Assembly (NCBI GenBank): GCA_002719295.1
Contig: PBHC01000012.1
Coordinates: 77,930 to 141,929, forward strand
Reading direction: 5' to 3'
Origin: Chloroflexota bacterium
Lineage (GTDB): Bacteria; Chloroflexota; Dehalococcoidia; Lucifugimonadales; Lucifugimonadaceae
DNA: 64,000 nt
Part shown: positions 19,034-29,549 of the stretch, piece after piece
Position numbering within the stretch: the stretch's first letter is position 1
Layout of the letters: every line of letters begins with the position of its first letter
The notes under the pieces: generated by a model
Told to the model about the DNA's origin: nothing
Database searches by the model: none
The model's input: only the letters and a program-made list of their open reading frames with translations
Translations under genes and position numbers: made by a program

Positions 19034-19066
19034 CTTAACAAAATCTTCATAAAACTAATATAAAAT
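19034..19066 (+). promoter_or_regulatory. Candidate OmpR/PhoB-type direct repeats plus -10 element upstream of ABC exporter
   Basis: CTTAACA(19034), CTTCATA(19045), CTAATA(19055) at 11 and 10 bp spacing, then TAAAAT 19061-19066. Confidence 0.3.
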
Positions 19067-19084
19067 TTAATTACATATTATTTT

Positions 19085-21178
19085 TTGGAGATTATTTTGC
19101 AAAATTCGAATGATATAGATAAATTGATTGCAGATTCTCAAAGTAGATTCGGTAAAAAATTTATTTATGGTTTTAGCCTATTAGTAATTTTATTAATTGT
19201 TTTAATGTCAGGTTTTTATTTTTTTACTTCTGAAAATGATTCTCAAATTATTTCTTATGAAGAATATAAAATTCAAAAAGGAAGCATAGCAAATACTCTT
19301 ATTGCTTCTGGGAGCACTCAAATTGATAAAAAGATTTCTTTAGCATTTGGTACTAGTGGGAAATTAAATCAAATTTTAGTAGAAGAAGGTGATATTGTAA
19401 CGGAGGGACAGCTATTAGCGGAACTTGATTCTAATGATTTGAAAAATGCATTAGAAAGGCAGGAATTGCAATTAAAAAAATTACTCAATTATCCCTCAGA
19501 AGAAGATTTGAAAAATGCAGAATATCTGGTTAGTCAAGCTGAAAAATCTTTAAATGATTTGTTGGAATATCCAACATTAGAACAGTTAAGAACAGCAGAA
19601 GAACTATTGAGTCAAGCTGAGGCTAATTTTATATTAGCACAAGAGAACTTTGACGAATTGATGGTTCCAACTGATTCTCAATTTGATGCAGTAATAAAAA
19701 TTATTGAACAAGCAGAGCAATCTTTATCAAATTCAAATTTGCTTCTAGAAAATGCAAAAAGAAGTGTTGATAATTCTAAAATTTCACTTACAGAATCAGT
19801 TAATAATTATTGTGATGTAGATTCTTTGCCAAGTAGAAAAGATGTATGTGTTGAAATTTCAAATTATCCAATAAATAAATCTATTACTGATTCAATTTTA
19901 GATGAAATTTTCAAATGTTGTGATGCCAATACGACGGAAATGAATTTATCAAAAGCATTAATTAATTCAAACTCAAATTACCAGTCTTCTATTGAACAAG
20001 TAGATGTTTATTTAGATCAAGTTGAAAGTTCTACTGCAAGCTTAAAGGACGCAAATAATACCTTAAATAATTTAAGAAATCCTTCAACCAATGATATTGA
20101 AAGATTAACCAAACTTGAAGATCAAGCTGAAAAAAATTTACAAAAAAGACTCTTTGCCTTATCTGATATGCAAAAAGGAGCTGATTCAGAAGACATTAAG
20201 TTAGCTGAAGAAAATTTAGCAAAGTTGAAATTATCTTTAAAAAGAATTCAGAACGGAACAGATGCCAATGATATAGAAATACAACGTTTGTTGGTTGACC
20301 AAGCTAAAGAGAACTTATCAAAGACGCAAATTACAGCCTTATTCGATGGGCAAATTTCTTCAATAAATTTTAAGCAAGGAGAATTTATAACATCTGGTCA
20401 AAGTATGTTTACTTTATCTGATCCATCTACAATGCAAATGGATATAATTGCATCAGAAGCAGAATTTGTAGAGATGAATCCTGGTATGTATGGGCTTGTG
20501 TCATTAGATTCTAAACCTTTCCCGCCATCTCTTATTCAAATAACATCTATTTCAAATGTTCCGAATGTTACTCAAGGAATTGTGACTTATCCAGTAGAAG
20601 CAAGATTTATTAGAGGTTTTGAAGTGTTAACTGTAATGCAGCAATTTACTCCATTATTAGATTCTTTTTCAGGAATGGATTTAAGTAACATTCCTGGAAT
20701 TGGTGGAATACCTGGAATGGCTGGAATTCCTGGAATGGAAGCCCCTAGTGCGAATAGAAGACCTGGAATGCCTAGAATGGGAGCAAATAATCTAGGAAAT
20801 AATGAAATACAAGAATTACAAGGTATGTTATCTACTTTGCTTTCTGAAGAACTTCCTGCAGAAGGTATGAATGGAACAGTTACATTGCTCAAAGATTCAG
20901 TCCAGGATGTATTAGTTGTACCTTCAGATGCTTTAGTTGTAGATAATAATAAAACAAATGTGATTACATCTATATCGGATACTGAAAAAGAATACACAGA
21001 AGTTAAGACAGGATTAACCGATGGTAAGCAGACAGAAATTTTAGAGGGATTATTAGAAAATGATTCAATTTACATTAAAAGAATAGGACAAATAATTCAA
21101 GAAAAGGAAGAATCAACTAAATCTATCGAGGAACTTACTAAGGGTAAACCCCCAATGCCAAGAGGTGGTAAAAAATGA
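19085..21178 (+). CDS. MacA/YknX-like membrane fusion (adaptor) protein, unusually long
   Basis: N-terminal TM, lipoyl halves (SGKLNQILVEEGDIV...ITALFDGQI), long helical hairpin, VLVVPSDAL, VKTGLTDG..TEILEGL. Confidence 0.88.
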   Translation: MEIILQNSNDIDKLIADSQSRFGKKFIYGFSLLVILLIVLMSGFYFFTSENDSQIISYEEYKIQKGSIANTLIASGSTQIDKKISLAFGTSGKLNQILVEEGDIVTEGQLLAELDSNDLKNALERQELQLKKLLNYPSEEDLKNAEYLVSQAEKSLNDLLEYPTLEQLRTAEELLSQAEANFILAQENFDELMVPTDSQFDAVIKIIEQAEQSLSNSNLLLENAKRSVDNSKISLTESVNNYCDVDSLPSRKDVCVEISNYPINKSITDSILDEIFKCCDANTTEMNLSKALINSNSNYQSSIEQVDVYLDQVESSTASLKDANNTLNNLRNPSTNDIERLTKLEDQAEKNLQKRLFALSDMQKGADSEDIKLAEENLAKLKLSLKRIQNGTDANDIEIQRLLVDQAKENLSKTQITALFDGQISSINFKQGEFITSGQSMFTLSDPSTMQMDIIASEAEFVEMNPGMYGLVSLDSKPFPPSLIQITSISNVPNVTQGIVTYPVEARFIRGFEVLTVMQQFTPLLDSFSGMDLSNIPGIGGIPGMAGIPGMEAPSANRRPGMPRMGANNLGNNEIQELQGMLSTLLSEELPAEGMNGTVTLLKDSVQDVLVVPSDALVVDNNKTNVITSISDTEKEYTEVKTGLTDGKQTEILEGLLENDSIYIKRIGQIIQEKEESTKSIEELTKGKPPMPRGGKK
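20690..20740 (+). repeat. Coding microrepeat (IPGxxG)x3 inside the adaptor gene
   Basis: cctggaat unit recurs at 18-nt period; encodes IPGIGGIPGMAGIPGME. Confidence 0.75.
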
Positions 21179-21834
21179 TTGAACTATCAAATATTTCTAA
21201 AATTTTTGATACCGGTTTTAATCAGGTAAATGCTCTATCAGAAATAGACATTAAGATAGATCAGGGTGAGTTTATTGCAATTAAAGGACCTTCTGGCTCA
21301 GGCAAAAGTACTATGATGAACATTATTGGTTTACTAGATCGCCCAACAACAGGTAAATATTTACTTGGTAATAACGATGTTTCTACTCTTAATGATAATA
21401 AAAGATCATTAATACGTAGAAATGTTTTTGGTTTTGTTTTTCAAAACTATAACTTAATTCCCAGACTTTCAGCTGTAAGGCAAGTTGAAATGCCGTTAAT
21501 TTATAGAAAAGATAAAGATAAAAGAAAAAAATCTATTTTGGCCTTGAGTAAACTTGGATTAGCAGAGAGAATTTTTCATTCTCCTGTAAAACTTTCAGGA
21601 GGAGAACAACAGAGAGTTTCTATAGCTAGAGCATTAGTTGGAGAACCTAAAGTTATACTAGCTGATGAACCTACAGGTGCTCTTGATTCCAAAACTGGGG
21701 AGGAAATAATACAAATTTTTAAGTCTTTGTCTGATGATGGAATTACCGTAATTATGATTACACATGATCATTTAGTAGCTAGTAAAGCTCAGAGAATAAT
21801 TGAAATGAAAGATGGAATGATAATTGAGGAGTAA
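21175..21834 (+). CDS. ABC transporter ATP-binding protein (MacB/LolD type)
   Basis: GPSGSGKST, LSGGEQQRV, LADEPTGALD, ITHD. Confidence 0.95.
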   Translation: MIELSNISKIFDTGFNQVNALSEIDIKIDQGEFIAIKGPSGSGKSTMMNIIGLLDRPTTGKYLLGNNDVSTLNDNKRSLIRRNVFGFVFQNYNLIPRLSAVRQVEMPLIYRKDKDKRKKSILALSKLGLAERIFHSPVKLSGGEQQRVSIARALVGEPKVILADEPTGALDSKTGEEIIQIFKSLSDDGITVIMITHDHLVASKAQRIIEMKDGMIIEE

Positions 21835-21837
21835 TTT

Positions 21838-23091
21838 TTGAATATTTTCGATGCAATAAATTTTGCCTTTAGATCAATTATTTCAACTCCACTAAGAAGT
21901 GGGCTTACTGCATTGGGTGTAATTGTGGGTGTAACCTCTGTAATCGTACTTGTTTCTTTGGGAGAGGGGATAAAAAGACAAGTAGAAGAAGAAATTACGG
22001 CATTAGGAACCAATCTATTATTTATTACGGCAAGTTCGGATGATTCTTCCACAGGAGTTTCTGGGGGCAGAAATTCAGGAATCTCTTTAACTTTAAGTGA
22101 TTCGGAAAAATTACTTGAAAGAAATATTGAAGGTGTTAGAAATATAGCGCCTCAAATTGATTTTCCTGCTCAACTTATAGCAGGTAATTACAATACTGAA
22201 ACTAATGTATATGGAACAACTCCAGAATATATAGATGTGACATCAACAGAAGCTATAGAAGGAGAATTTATTACACAAAAAGATGTTGATACTAAAGCTC
22301 TAAGAATGGTTTTAGGATCAGAAATCTCTGAGAAACTTTTTCCTGAAGGTAATGCTGTAGGAAAAATTGTTAGACTGAGTCTATTTAATAGATTTGATTT
22401 TAGATTCGTAGTTAGTGGTGTTATGAAACCTAAAGGTGGAGAAGGGGATGATGACTTTTCAGTTTTTATTCCTGTTTCCACTATGCAAAATAGAATAGCT
22501 TTTCTAAAAAATCCTACAGGTGATGTAAATGTTTTTAGAATTTTAGTTAGATCTGAAGATGAATATGATAAATCTATTATTTCAAATTTGCTTTCAGAAA
22601 ACTTAAAAGAAATTCATGGCGTAGTTGAACCTGATTTTGAAATAACTAGTATGGATCAACTATTAGAAGCTGCGAATCAAGTTACAGGTGCATTGACTCT
22701 ATTTCTTGGTTCAATAGCTGGCATTTCTCTACTAGTAGGTGCAATTGGTGTTGGTAATATAATGCTTGTTAGTGTCACTGAAAGGACTAGAGAAATAGGA
22801 ACATTGAGATCTATTGGAGCAACTAAATCTGATATAAGGCTTCAATTTATTACAGAAGCACTTACCATTTGTTTATTGGGAGGATTATTGGGTATAGTAA
22901 TTGGAATAATCATTAGCTTAAATATAAGCGGAATATCTTTTGGAGAAGAAGAAAATTTGACTGCAGTTATATCGTTATCTAGCGTATTGTTAGCTTTTGT
23001 TGTTTCTTTTTTAGTTGGAATTATAAGTGGGGCATATCCAGCTTACAGGGCATCAGAACTTGATCCTATTGAAGCTCTTAGAAGTGAATAA
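21838..23091 (+). CDS. ABC transporter permease (MacB/FtsX type)
   Basis: RSGLTALGV, NIMLVSVTERTREIG, QFITEA, PAYRASELDPIEALR. Confidence 0.93.
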   Translation: MNIFDAINFAFRSIISTPLRSGLTALGVIVGVTSVIVLVSLGEGIKRQVEEEITALGTNLLFITASSDDSSTGVSGGRNSGISLTLSDSEKLLERNIEGVRNIAPQIDFPAQLIAGNYNTETNVYGTTPEYIDVTSTEAIEGEFITQKDVDTKALRMVLGSEISEKLFPEGNAVGKIVRLSLFNRFDFRFVVSGVMKPKGGEGDDDFSVFIPVSTMQNRIAFLKNPTGDVNVFRILVRSEDEYDKSIISNLLSENLKEIHGVVEPDFEITSMDQLLEAANQVTGALTLFLGSIAGISLLVGAIGVGNIMLVSVTERTREIGTLRSIGATKSDIRLQFITEALTICLLGGLLGIVIGIIISLNISGISFGEEENLTAVISLSSVLLAFVVSFLVGIISGAYPAYRASELDPIEALRSE

Positions 23092-23094
23092 AAT

Positions 23095-26000
23095 TTATTG
23101 TTTGTAAAATACGTTCTGAAGTCCGATGATGGTGTCCAGTTTTTCTTCTAAGGATTTTGAAGTATTTACGTTTGCAAAAGGAAGATTCAGTTTAACTTTT
23201 TCTGAACTACTTTTAACAATTATTGAAACTGGTATATTTCCTTCATTGTCTAGCAATATTCTAGTTAGATCATCCATAATATGTTTATTGCTTGAATGTT
23301 TTTCGCTATCTACAGTTATGATAACTTCTTTGACGGCATTAATATTTTCATCAGTTATTTCTTCAATTGGAGTTTTTTCATTTTTCATGTTTGGTTTATA
23401 TTCCTCCTTGGTAATTATTGGTGTTTTATTTGTTAAGTTATTATTTATATTTGATTGATCTTCAAAAGAAAAAATTTCTCCGCTGTCATACCATATAGAA
23501 TTCTCACCATTTCGGTTATTTATTTTTCCTTTTATTTTTGCAATTGGACTATGAAGCCAAATATCCACTTCGCTGATTTTATTTTGCCAGACCATTAAAT
23601 CAATAGGCCCGTCAGTAAGTTCTAATTTTACTATCATAAATTCTGCGCCTTTTCGAGAAACTCTTTTTTCATAAGACTTAACTTCAGCAATTAAAGTTTG
23701 AGGTTTATTAATGTCAATAAAATCTATTTGTTGCAATGAAACAATTATTTCTTCATTAATCTCTTTTATTCTTAGCATTTTTTTATGATTAGGGTTTTCT
23801 GTAAAAGAAATCCCCATTACTTCTTGCTCCCAGTGCATTTTTTCATTGTCCTGAGTAGCAGTTTCTGCAATTTCTATTACATTTACAGGTGTTTCTACCT
23901 CATCTCCAAATAAATCAAACATAGTACTTTGATTACTATTTCTTAATTTTGTTAAGCTATTTATTTGTATAAGAATTCTTTCAACAGAATCTAATAATCC
24001 GCCGCGTTCTCCAAAATCATCAAAACTCCCTGATTTAATTAGACTTTCCAAAATCTTTTTATTAATCCAAGAAGAATCAATTCTTTTGCAAAAATCGCCT
24101 AATGATTCAAATGGGCCACTTTTTTTTCTTTCATCTATTATTTTAGAAAGAGATGCTGCACTAACGTTTTTCAGAGAAGACAATCCGTAGCCAATTATTT
24201 TCCCTTTTTCTGTAGATAAAATACTAAAATAAACATTTGAATTATTTATATTTGGTTTTATTATTTCAAGTTCTGTTTTTCTTATTTCACTTACACAGAC
24301 CGAAATTTTATCTGTGTTGTTTATAGAAGAGTTTAATAATGCAGTAAAGTATTCTATTTTATAGTTTGCCTTAAAATAAGCAGTCCAGTATGCAATCATT
24401 GCATAGGATACACTATGAGCTTTATTGAATGCATAACCTGCAAAAGGTTCTATTAGCTCAAATACTTCATTACTAGTTTTTTCATCAAACCCTTTACTTA
24501 AGGATCCTGATATGAACCTATCTTTTTCTGCCTGCATAACCTCTTTAATTTTCTTTCCCATTGCTTTTCTCAAGATGTCTGCTTCGCCAAGTGTGTAACC
24601 TCCAAATGCTTGAGCAATTTTTAAAACCTGATCTTGATAGACTATAATTCCATAAGTTTCAGACAAGATATCTTTTAAGGCATCGTGAGGATATTTGATT
24701 TTTTCTTTACCATATTTTGATCTAATGAATCTATCAATGTGTTCCATTGGCCCTGGTCTATACAAGGCAATCATGGCTGCTATATCTGAAATACTACTAG
24801 GTTTTAAATCTTTTATATATTTTCTCATTCCTGCTGACTCTAATTGAAATACTCCAAAAGTATCTCCTTTTGATAACAACTCAAATGTCTTCTCGTCAGT
24901 TTTTGAAATTTCGTAAATATTGAAATCTTTGCCAGTCCTTTTTTCAATTAGTTCTATAGTTTTACTTATAATACTTAGGTTAGTTAATCCTAAGAAATCC
25001 ATCTTAAGTAAACCAACATCTGCGATTGCTGCCATAGCGTACTGAGTTGTTGGAGGGGCATTTTCTTCCCCTGATGTTGATATTTGTAAAGGAACATCAT
25101 TAGTAAGATCTTCTTGTGAAATAACTACCCCTGCAGCATGTGTAGAAGCATGCCTTACTGTTCCTTCTAATTTTTGTGCAAAATCTACAACCTTTCTATT
25201 ATCAGAGTCATTCATTAATGATTTAAAATCATCTATTTCAAGAGCATCTTTAATTTTAGTTCCTGGTTTAGTTGGGATAATCCCTGCAAGTTTATCTCCT
25301 ACAGAAATTGGTAAATCTAAAACTCTAGTTACATCTCTTACAGCAGCTTTAGCTCCCATAGTTCCAAAAGTTATGATCTGAGCTATATGATCTTTTCCAT
25401 ATCTTTCAACGCAATATTTCATCACTTCATTTCTTTTATCGTCCTCAAAATCCATATCAATATCAGGCATTTCTCTACGTTCTAAATTAAGAAATCTTTC
25501 GAAAACTAAATTGTGTTCCATAGGATTTATTTTAGTAACTTCTAAGCAGTAAAGGACTAAACTTGCTGCTGCAGAACCTCTGACTGCAGATAAAATATTC
25601 TTAGAGTTTACAAAATTAAAAATATCCCAGCAAACTAAAAAATAATCAGGGAATTTACTTTTTTCTATAACTTCTAATTCATAATCTAATCTTTCAATTA
25701 ATTCAGGGTCATTTTCATTAAATCTTTTACTAAAACCCTTGTATGAAAGCTCCCTTAAGTATTCCATTGAAGATTTATTATCAGGACAGTCATATTTTGG
25801 TAGCAATGCTTTGGTAAAATCCAGTTTGATATTACATCTTTCGCTTATTTCTAGAGTGTTATTTAATCCAGAAGGCAATTCCTTCCATTGTTCCCACATT
25901 TCTTCAGAAGACTTTATATAATAATTGTCATCATCAAACTTAAATCTATTAGGATCATTAATATTTGAGTTAGTCTGCAAGCACATTAATAATTCATGTG

Positions 26001-26646
26001 CTAAATGATCTTGTTTTTCTACGTAATGATTATCGTTTGTTATTACAAGAGGGAGATTATTATTTTCACTTATTTCAAGTAATTTTTGATTAATAGTTTT
26101 TTGGTTTGGGACTCCTATATGATCCATTATTTCAAGATAAAATCTATCTTTGAAAACATCTGAAAACCATCCATAGGTGTTTTTTATTTTTTCATCATCA
26201 TTACTTACGATTGATCTTGAAAGTTCAGATGAAGGGCACCCAGAAAGAACTATTATTCCTTCATTGTATTGCTCTAGAATTTTTTTATCTATTCTAGGCT
26301 TGTAATAAAAACCATTTAAGTTAGCGTGGGTTACCATTTTCATTAGATTTTGATAACCGGTTTCATTTTCTGATAGAAGAGTTAAATGGTATGGACTTTT
26401 TTCATCATTATTTTTTTTTAAGCTATCATCTATAGCACAATAAGCTTCTAATCCAATAATTGGTTTTATGTCATACTTTTTGGAAAGTTTATAAAATTCC
26501 ACAGCTCCATACATATTACCGTGATCAGTAATTGCTATCGCAGGTTGATTATTAGACTTTACTCTAGATACCATTTTTTCTAGATTGCTCATCCCGTCTA
26601 GTAAGCTATATTCAGAATGATTATGTAAATGAACAAATGAATTCAA
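23095..26646 (-). CDS. dnaE: DNA polymerase III alpha subunit
   Basis: HLHNHSEYSLLDG PHP domain, RGSAA, FERFLN, PDIDMD, LLKMDFLGL, YAFNKAH. Confidence 0.97.
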   Translation of the reverse strand: MNSFVHLHNHSEYSLLDGMSNLEKMVSRVKSNNQPAIAITDHGNMYGAVEFYKLSKKYDIKPIIGLEAYCAIDDSLKKNNDEKSPYHLTLLSENETGYQNLMKMVTHANLNGFYYKPRIDKKILEQYNEGIIVLSGCPSSELSRSIVSNDDEKIKNTYGWFSDVFKDRFYLEIMDHIGVPNQKTINQKLLEISENNNLPLVITNDNHYVEKQDHLAHELLMCLQTNSNINDPNRFKFDDDNYYIKSSEEMWEQWKELPSGLNNTLEISERCNIKLDFTKALLPKYDCPDNKSSMEYLRELSYKGFSKRFNENDPELIERLDYELEVIEKSKFPDYFLVCWDIFNFVNSKNILSAVRGSAAASLVLYCLEVTKINPMEHNLVFERFLNLERREMPDIDMDFEDDKRNEVMKYCVERYGKDHIAQIITFGTMGAKAAVRDVTRVLDLPISVGDKLAGIIPTKPGTKIKDALEIDDFKSLMNDSDNRKVVDFAQKLEGTVRHASTHAAGVVISQEDLTNDVPLQISTSGEENAPPTTQYAMAAIADVGLLKMDFLGLTNLSIISKTIELIEKRTGKDFNIYEISKTDEKTFELLSKGDTFGVFQLESAGMRKYIKDLKPSSISDIAAMIALYRPGPMEHIDRFIRSKYGKEKIKYPHDALKDILSETYGIIVYQDQVLKIAQAFGGYTLGEADILRKAMGKKIKEVMQAEKDRFISGSLSKGFDEKTSNEVFELIEPFAGYAFNKAHSVSYAMIAYWTAYFKANYKIEYFTALLNSSINNTDKISVCVSEIRKTELEIIKPNINNSNVYFSILSTEKGKIIGYGLSSLKNVSAASLSKIIDERKKSGPFESLGDFCKRIDSSWINKKILESLIKSGSFDDFGERGGLLDSVERILIQINSLTKLRNSNQSTMFDLFGDEVETPVNVIEIAETATQDNEKMHWEQEVMGISFTENPNHKKMLRIKEINEEIIVSLQQIDFIDINKPQTLIAEVKSYEKRVSRKGAEFMIVKLELTDGPIDLMVWQNKISEVDIWLHSPIAKIKGKINNRNGENSIWYDSGEIFSFEDQSNINNNLTNKTPIITKEEYKPNMKNEKTPIEEITDENINAVKEVIITVDSEKHSSNKHIMDDLTRILLDNEGNIPVSIIVKSSSEKVKLNLPFANVNTSKSLEEKLDTIIGLQNVFYKQ

Positions 26647-26744
26647 AAAAAATCTCTTTTACTAAAATTATTGAAAAAAAATTGAGTTAAATAGAGAATA
26701 AAATTTTCATACAAAATATTCATTAAATTTAGAGCTTTTTTTGA

Positions 26745-28004
26745 TCAATTATTTTTTTTTAGTGAAATTACTAATGGGATGGAAAAAATCATCATAAAAG
26801 TCAAAATATAGTAAGCGTACTTGTAATCCCCTGTAAAATCTTTTGTTAATCCAATCAACAATGGAGATAAAGTTCCAAATACTGCACCAACAGTATTTAA
26901 TATTCCCACCATAGACCCATAATTTTTTCTTCCAAAATAATCAGCTGCTAATGTAAGCCTTAAAGGAACAGAGGATCCAAATCCTAGACCAAAAAAAATT
27001 ACAAAAAGAATAATTCCTAAATTTTTATCTAGATATTCATACTCATTTTGTGATCCTATAATACTTACTCCTAAAATCCCTATAGTAAGTAATGTAAAAG
27101 AAATAGTTAAAAGTTTTTTTCGATCGTATTTATCTGTTATAAATCCTACAATAATCCTACCTGAAATATCCCCCCACCATGAAAGTCCTATTATTGTTGC
27201 AGCAAAAGTGGTAGTCAATCCAAATTCTTTAAATGATGTTAGATGAAAAAGATTACTTGTAAATACAGATTGGCTAATCCCAGCAGCTATTGCTAATTTC
27301 CAAAAATTTCCATTTTTTAAAGCATCTTTTACTGAAAAGCCTGTGTTTCTTCCATCAATTGTTTCTTTAGAATTTGAGTTTAAACTTTGTTTTTCTCCAT
27401 CAGGATATTGACCATAGTCTTCTGGATCTCCTCTCAAAACTAATGATGTAGGAAAGCCTAGAATCCAAAATCCTAAACCAACGGAGAAAATCATATTTCT
27501 CCAACCAAATTCTTCTATTCCTAAAACGATCAAAGGAATAGTAATGCCACCAAGTCCTGCTCCTGACATTAAAATTGAAATTGCCTTACCCCTATTTTTC
27601 TGAAACCAATTTCCAACTACTGCTAAAAAAATTATAAAAGTCCCAAAAGACATTCCTAAAGTTAAAATTGTTATTGCGCAATAAAACTCCCACAAATTTT
27701 GCATTCTACTCATCCAAATGAATGACCCGCCTGTTAAAAAAATCCCAAATGCCATAACTCTCTTTGGTCCAAACTTTTTAATAACTGTTCCTACAAATGG
27801 GGATATCAAACCACTTTCAGATCTTTGTATAGAAACTGCTGCCCCGGTTGCGGCTGTACTCCAACCGAAAGTACTTAGAATTGCATCAAAAAAAGGAGGG
27901 AAACCTCTCCAAAATACTGCAGAGGAATACCATTGCACTATTCCTGCACTTAATACTATCCACCAACCATAAAATATATTTGGTTTTCTTATTTTAGAGG
28001 GCAA
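26745..28004 (-). CDS. MFS transporter (OFA-like)
   Basis: About 12 TMs, IFYGWWIV, WFQKNRGKA, DYFGRKNYG. Confidence 0.88.
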   Translation of the reverse strand: MPSKIRKPNIFYGWWIVLSAGIVQWYSSAVFWRGFPPFFDAILSTFGWSTAATGAAVSIQRSESGLISPFVGTVIKKFGPKRVMAFGIFLTGGSFIWMSRMQNLWEFYCAITILTLGMSFGTFIIFLAVVGNWFQKNRGKAISILMSGAGLGGITIPLIVLGIEEFGWRNMIFSVGLGFWILGFPTSLVLRGDPEDYGQYPDGEKQSLNSNSKETIDGRNTGFSVKDALKNGNFWKLAIAAGISQSVFTSNLFHLTSFKEFGLTTTFAATIIGLSWWGDISGRIIVGFITDKYDRKKLLTISFTLLTIGILGVSIIGSQNEYEYLDKNLGIILFVIFFGLGFGSSVPLRLTLAADYFGRKNYGSMVGILNTVGAVFGTLSPLLIGLTKDFTGDYKYAYYILTFMMIFSIPLVISLKKNN

Positions 28005-28770
28005 TTATTCCATATCCTCCGTCTACAGGAATAATGCTACCGGTGATTCCACTTGATAAGTCACTTATAAGAAATAGTGCAGTATTTGCCACCTCTTCAT
28101 GAGTTATAGGTCTCTTTATAGGAGATCTTTCTTCATGAGCTTTTCTCATTTGTACAAATCCAGGTATGCTTCTTGCAGATAAGGATGGAAGAGGTCCTGC
28201 TGAAATAGAGTTAAACCTTATTTGTCTTGGACCAAATTCTGATGATAATTGTCTGTTGATATTTTCTAAAGCTGCTTTTGCGGTCCCCATTACGTTATAG
28301 CCAGGATAAACTCTTGTTGAAGCATCAAAAGTCATAGAAATCACTGATCCTCCATTTTTAGAAAAATATTTTGAGGCTTCTCTTGCTATAGTTACTAATG
28401 AGTAAGAGCTAGTTTCCAATGCTAATGAAAATCCATCTTTTGATAAGTTAGAAAAATCTCCTCCTAAGTCCTCTCTATTAGCAAAAGCTACCGAATGAAC
28501 TATAAAATCTATTTCTCCGTATTTATCATGGAATGTTTTCATTACATTTTTCACTTCAGACTCATTATTTGCATCACATTTAATTAATAATGAATCATTA
28601 TTTTCAAGTAGGTTATTTATATTTTTTAGAAGCCTTTCATCTAAATAAGTAAAAGCCAGTTGAGCTCCTGCCTCCATAAGCTTTTCCGAAATAGACCAAG
28701 CAATAGACCTTTGATTTGCTAGGCCAAATATTATTCCTTTTTTATTTGATAAATCTATATTTATTGCCAT
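27994..28770 (-). CDS. fabI: Enoyl-ACP reductase
   Basis: GLANQRSIAW, HSVAFA, YNVMGTAKAALE, ISAGP, VDGG. Confidence 0.93.
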   Translation of the reverse strand: MAINIDLSNKKGIIFGLANQRSIAWSISEKLMEAGAQLAFTYLDERLLKNINNLLENNDSLLIKCDANNESEVKNVMKTFHDKYGEIDFIVHSVAFANREDLGGDFSNLSKDGFSLALETSSYSLVTIAREASKYFSKNGGSVISMTFDASTRVYPGYNVMGTAKAALENINRQLSSEFGPRQIRFNSISAGPLPSLSARSIPGFVQMRKAHEERSPIKRPITHEEVANTALFLISDLSSGITGSIIPVDGGYGIIAL

Positions 28771-28776
28771 TTCTTC

Positions 28777-29535
28777 CTACTTTCTATAATTTTCTGCATT
28801 TTCAACAGGTTGATATCCAATTTTTTTATAGGCATTTTCTATATCCCAAAAGCGCCATTTATTATTCGAAACTCCATAGAATATTTCGAAACCAAGTTTA
28901 GAACTTAAGCTTTTTTCAACTAATTGAGCTATATCTTTATGAGAAAGCCATGTTGCAAAATGTCTAATTGAATTTGTTGGTGTATCTACTTTTTGAACAG
29001 TTCCAATTCTTAAGTTTATTGATTCTATGCCATGTTCCTCAAAGTAAAACCTTCCCATAGATTCACCATAAGCTTTTGAAATACCATAGTAGGAATCAGG
29101 TCTTATCGGGACATTATGATCAATTACAGGAATATTATTATGGTCAATATTTTCATAGTTTCCTTTTACTATCTGCTTATACGGATCATCATTTTCGAAC
29201 AAGCCGACAGCATGATTAGAACTTGCAAAAATAACCTTTTTTACTTTATTTATTCTTGCTGATTCATAAACATTTCTGGTTGATTCAATATTATTTTTTA
29301 ATACTAAATCCCAATTTGAATCTACACTAACTACAGCTCCTAAGTGAATTATTGAGAAAGAGCCTTCAGACCCTGATAATACATCATTATAATTATTCAT
29401 ATCTCCAACAATAGTTTCTGATGATTTTTTTGAATTATTAATATCTAGATTTAGGATTTCATAATCTTTTTTTAAATGATTATTTAATATAGATCCTATT
29501 AATCCAGAGCCTCCAGTAATAAATAGTTTTTTCAT
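28777..29535 (-). CDS. NAD-dependent epimerase/dehydratase family, uronate dehydrogenase-like
   Basis: ITGGSGLIG, FASSNHAVG, RPDSYYGISK, LRIG, ATWLSH.D, YGVSNN. Confidence 0.8.
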   Translation of the reverse strand: MKKLFITGGSGLIGSILNNHLKKDYEILNLDINNSKKSSETIVGDMNNYNDVLSGSEGSFSIIHLGAVVSVDSNWDLVLKNNIESTRNVYESARINKVKKVIFASSNHAVGLFENDDPYKQIVKGNYENIDHNNIPVIDHNVPIRPDSYYGISKAYGESMGRFYFEEHGIESINLRIGTVQKVDTPTNSIRHFATWLSHKDIAQLVEKSLSSKLGFEIFYGVSNNKWRFWDIENAYKKIGYQPVENAENYRK

Positions 29536-29549
29536 AAATGCCTTTTTGA

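Noticed and set aside
23095..26646. Intein or split in dnaE
   Set aside because: Normal length, contiguous motifs, no intein splice-junction or LAGLIDADG signature seen
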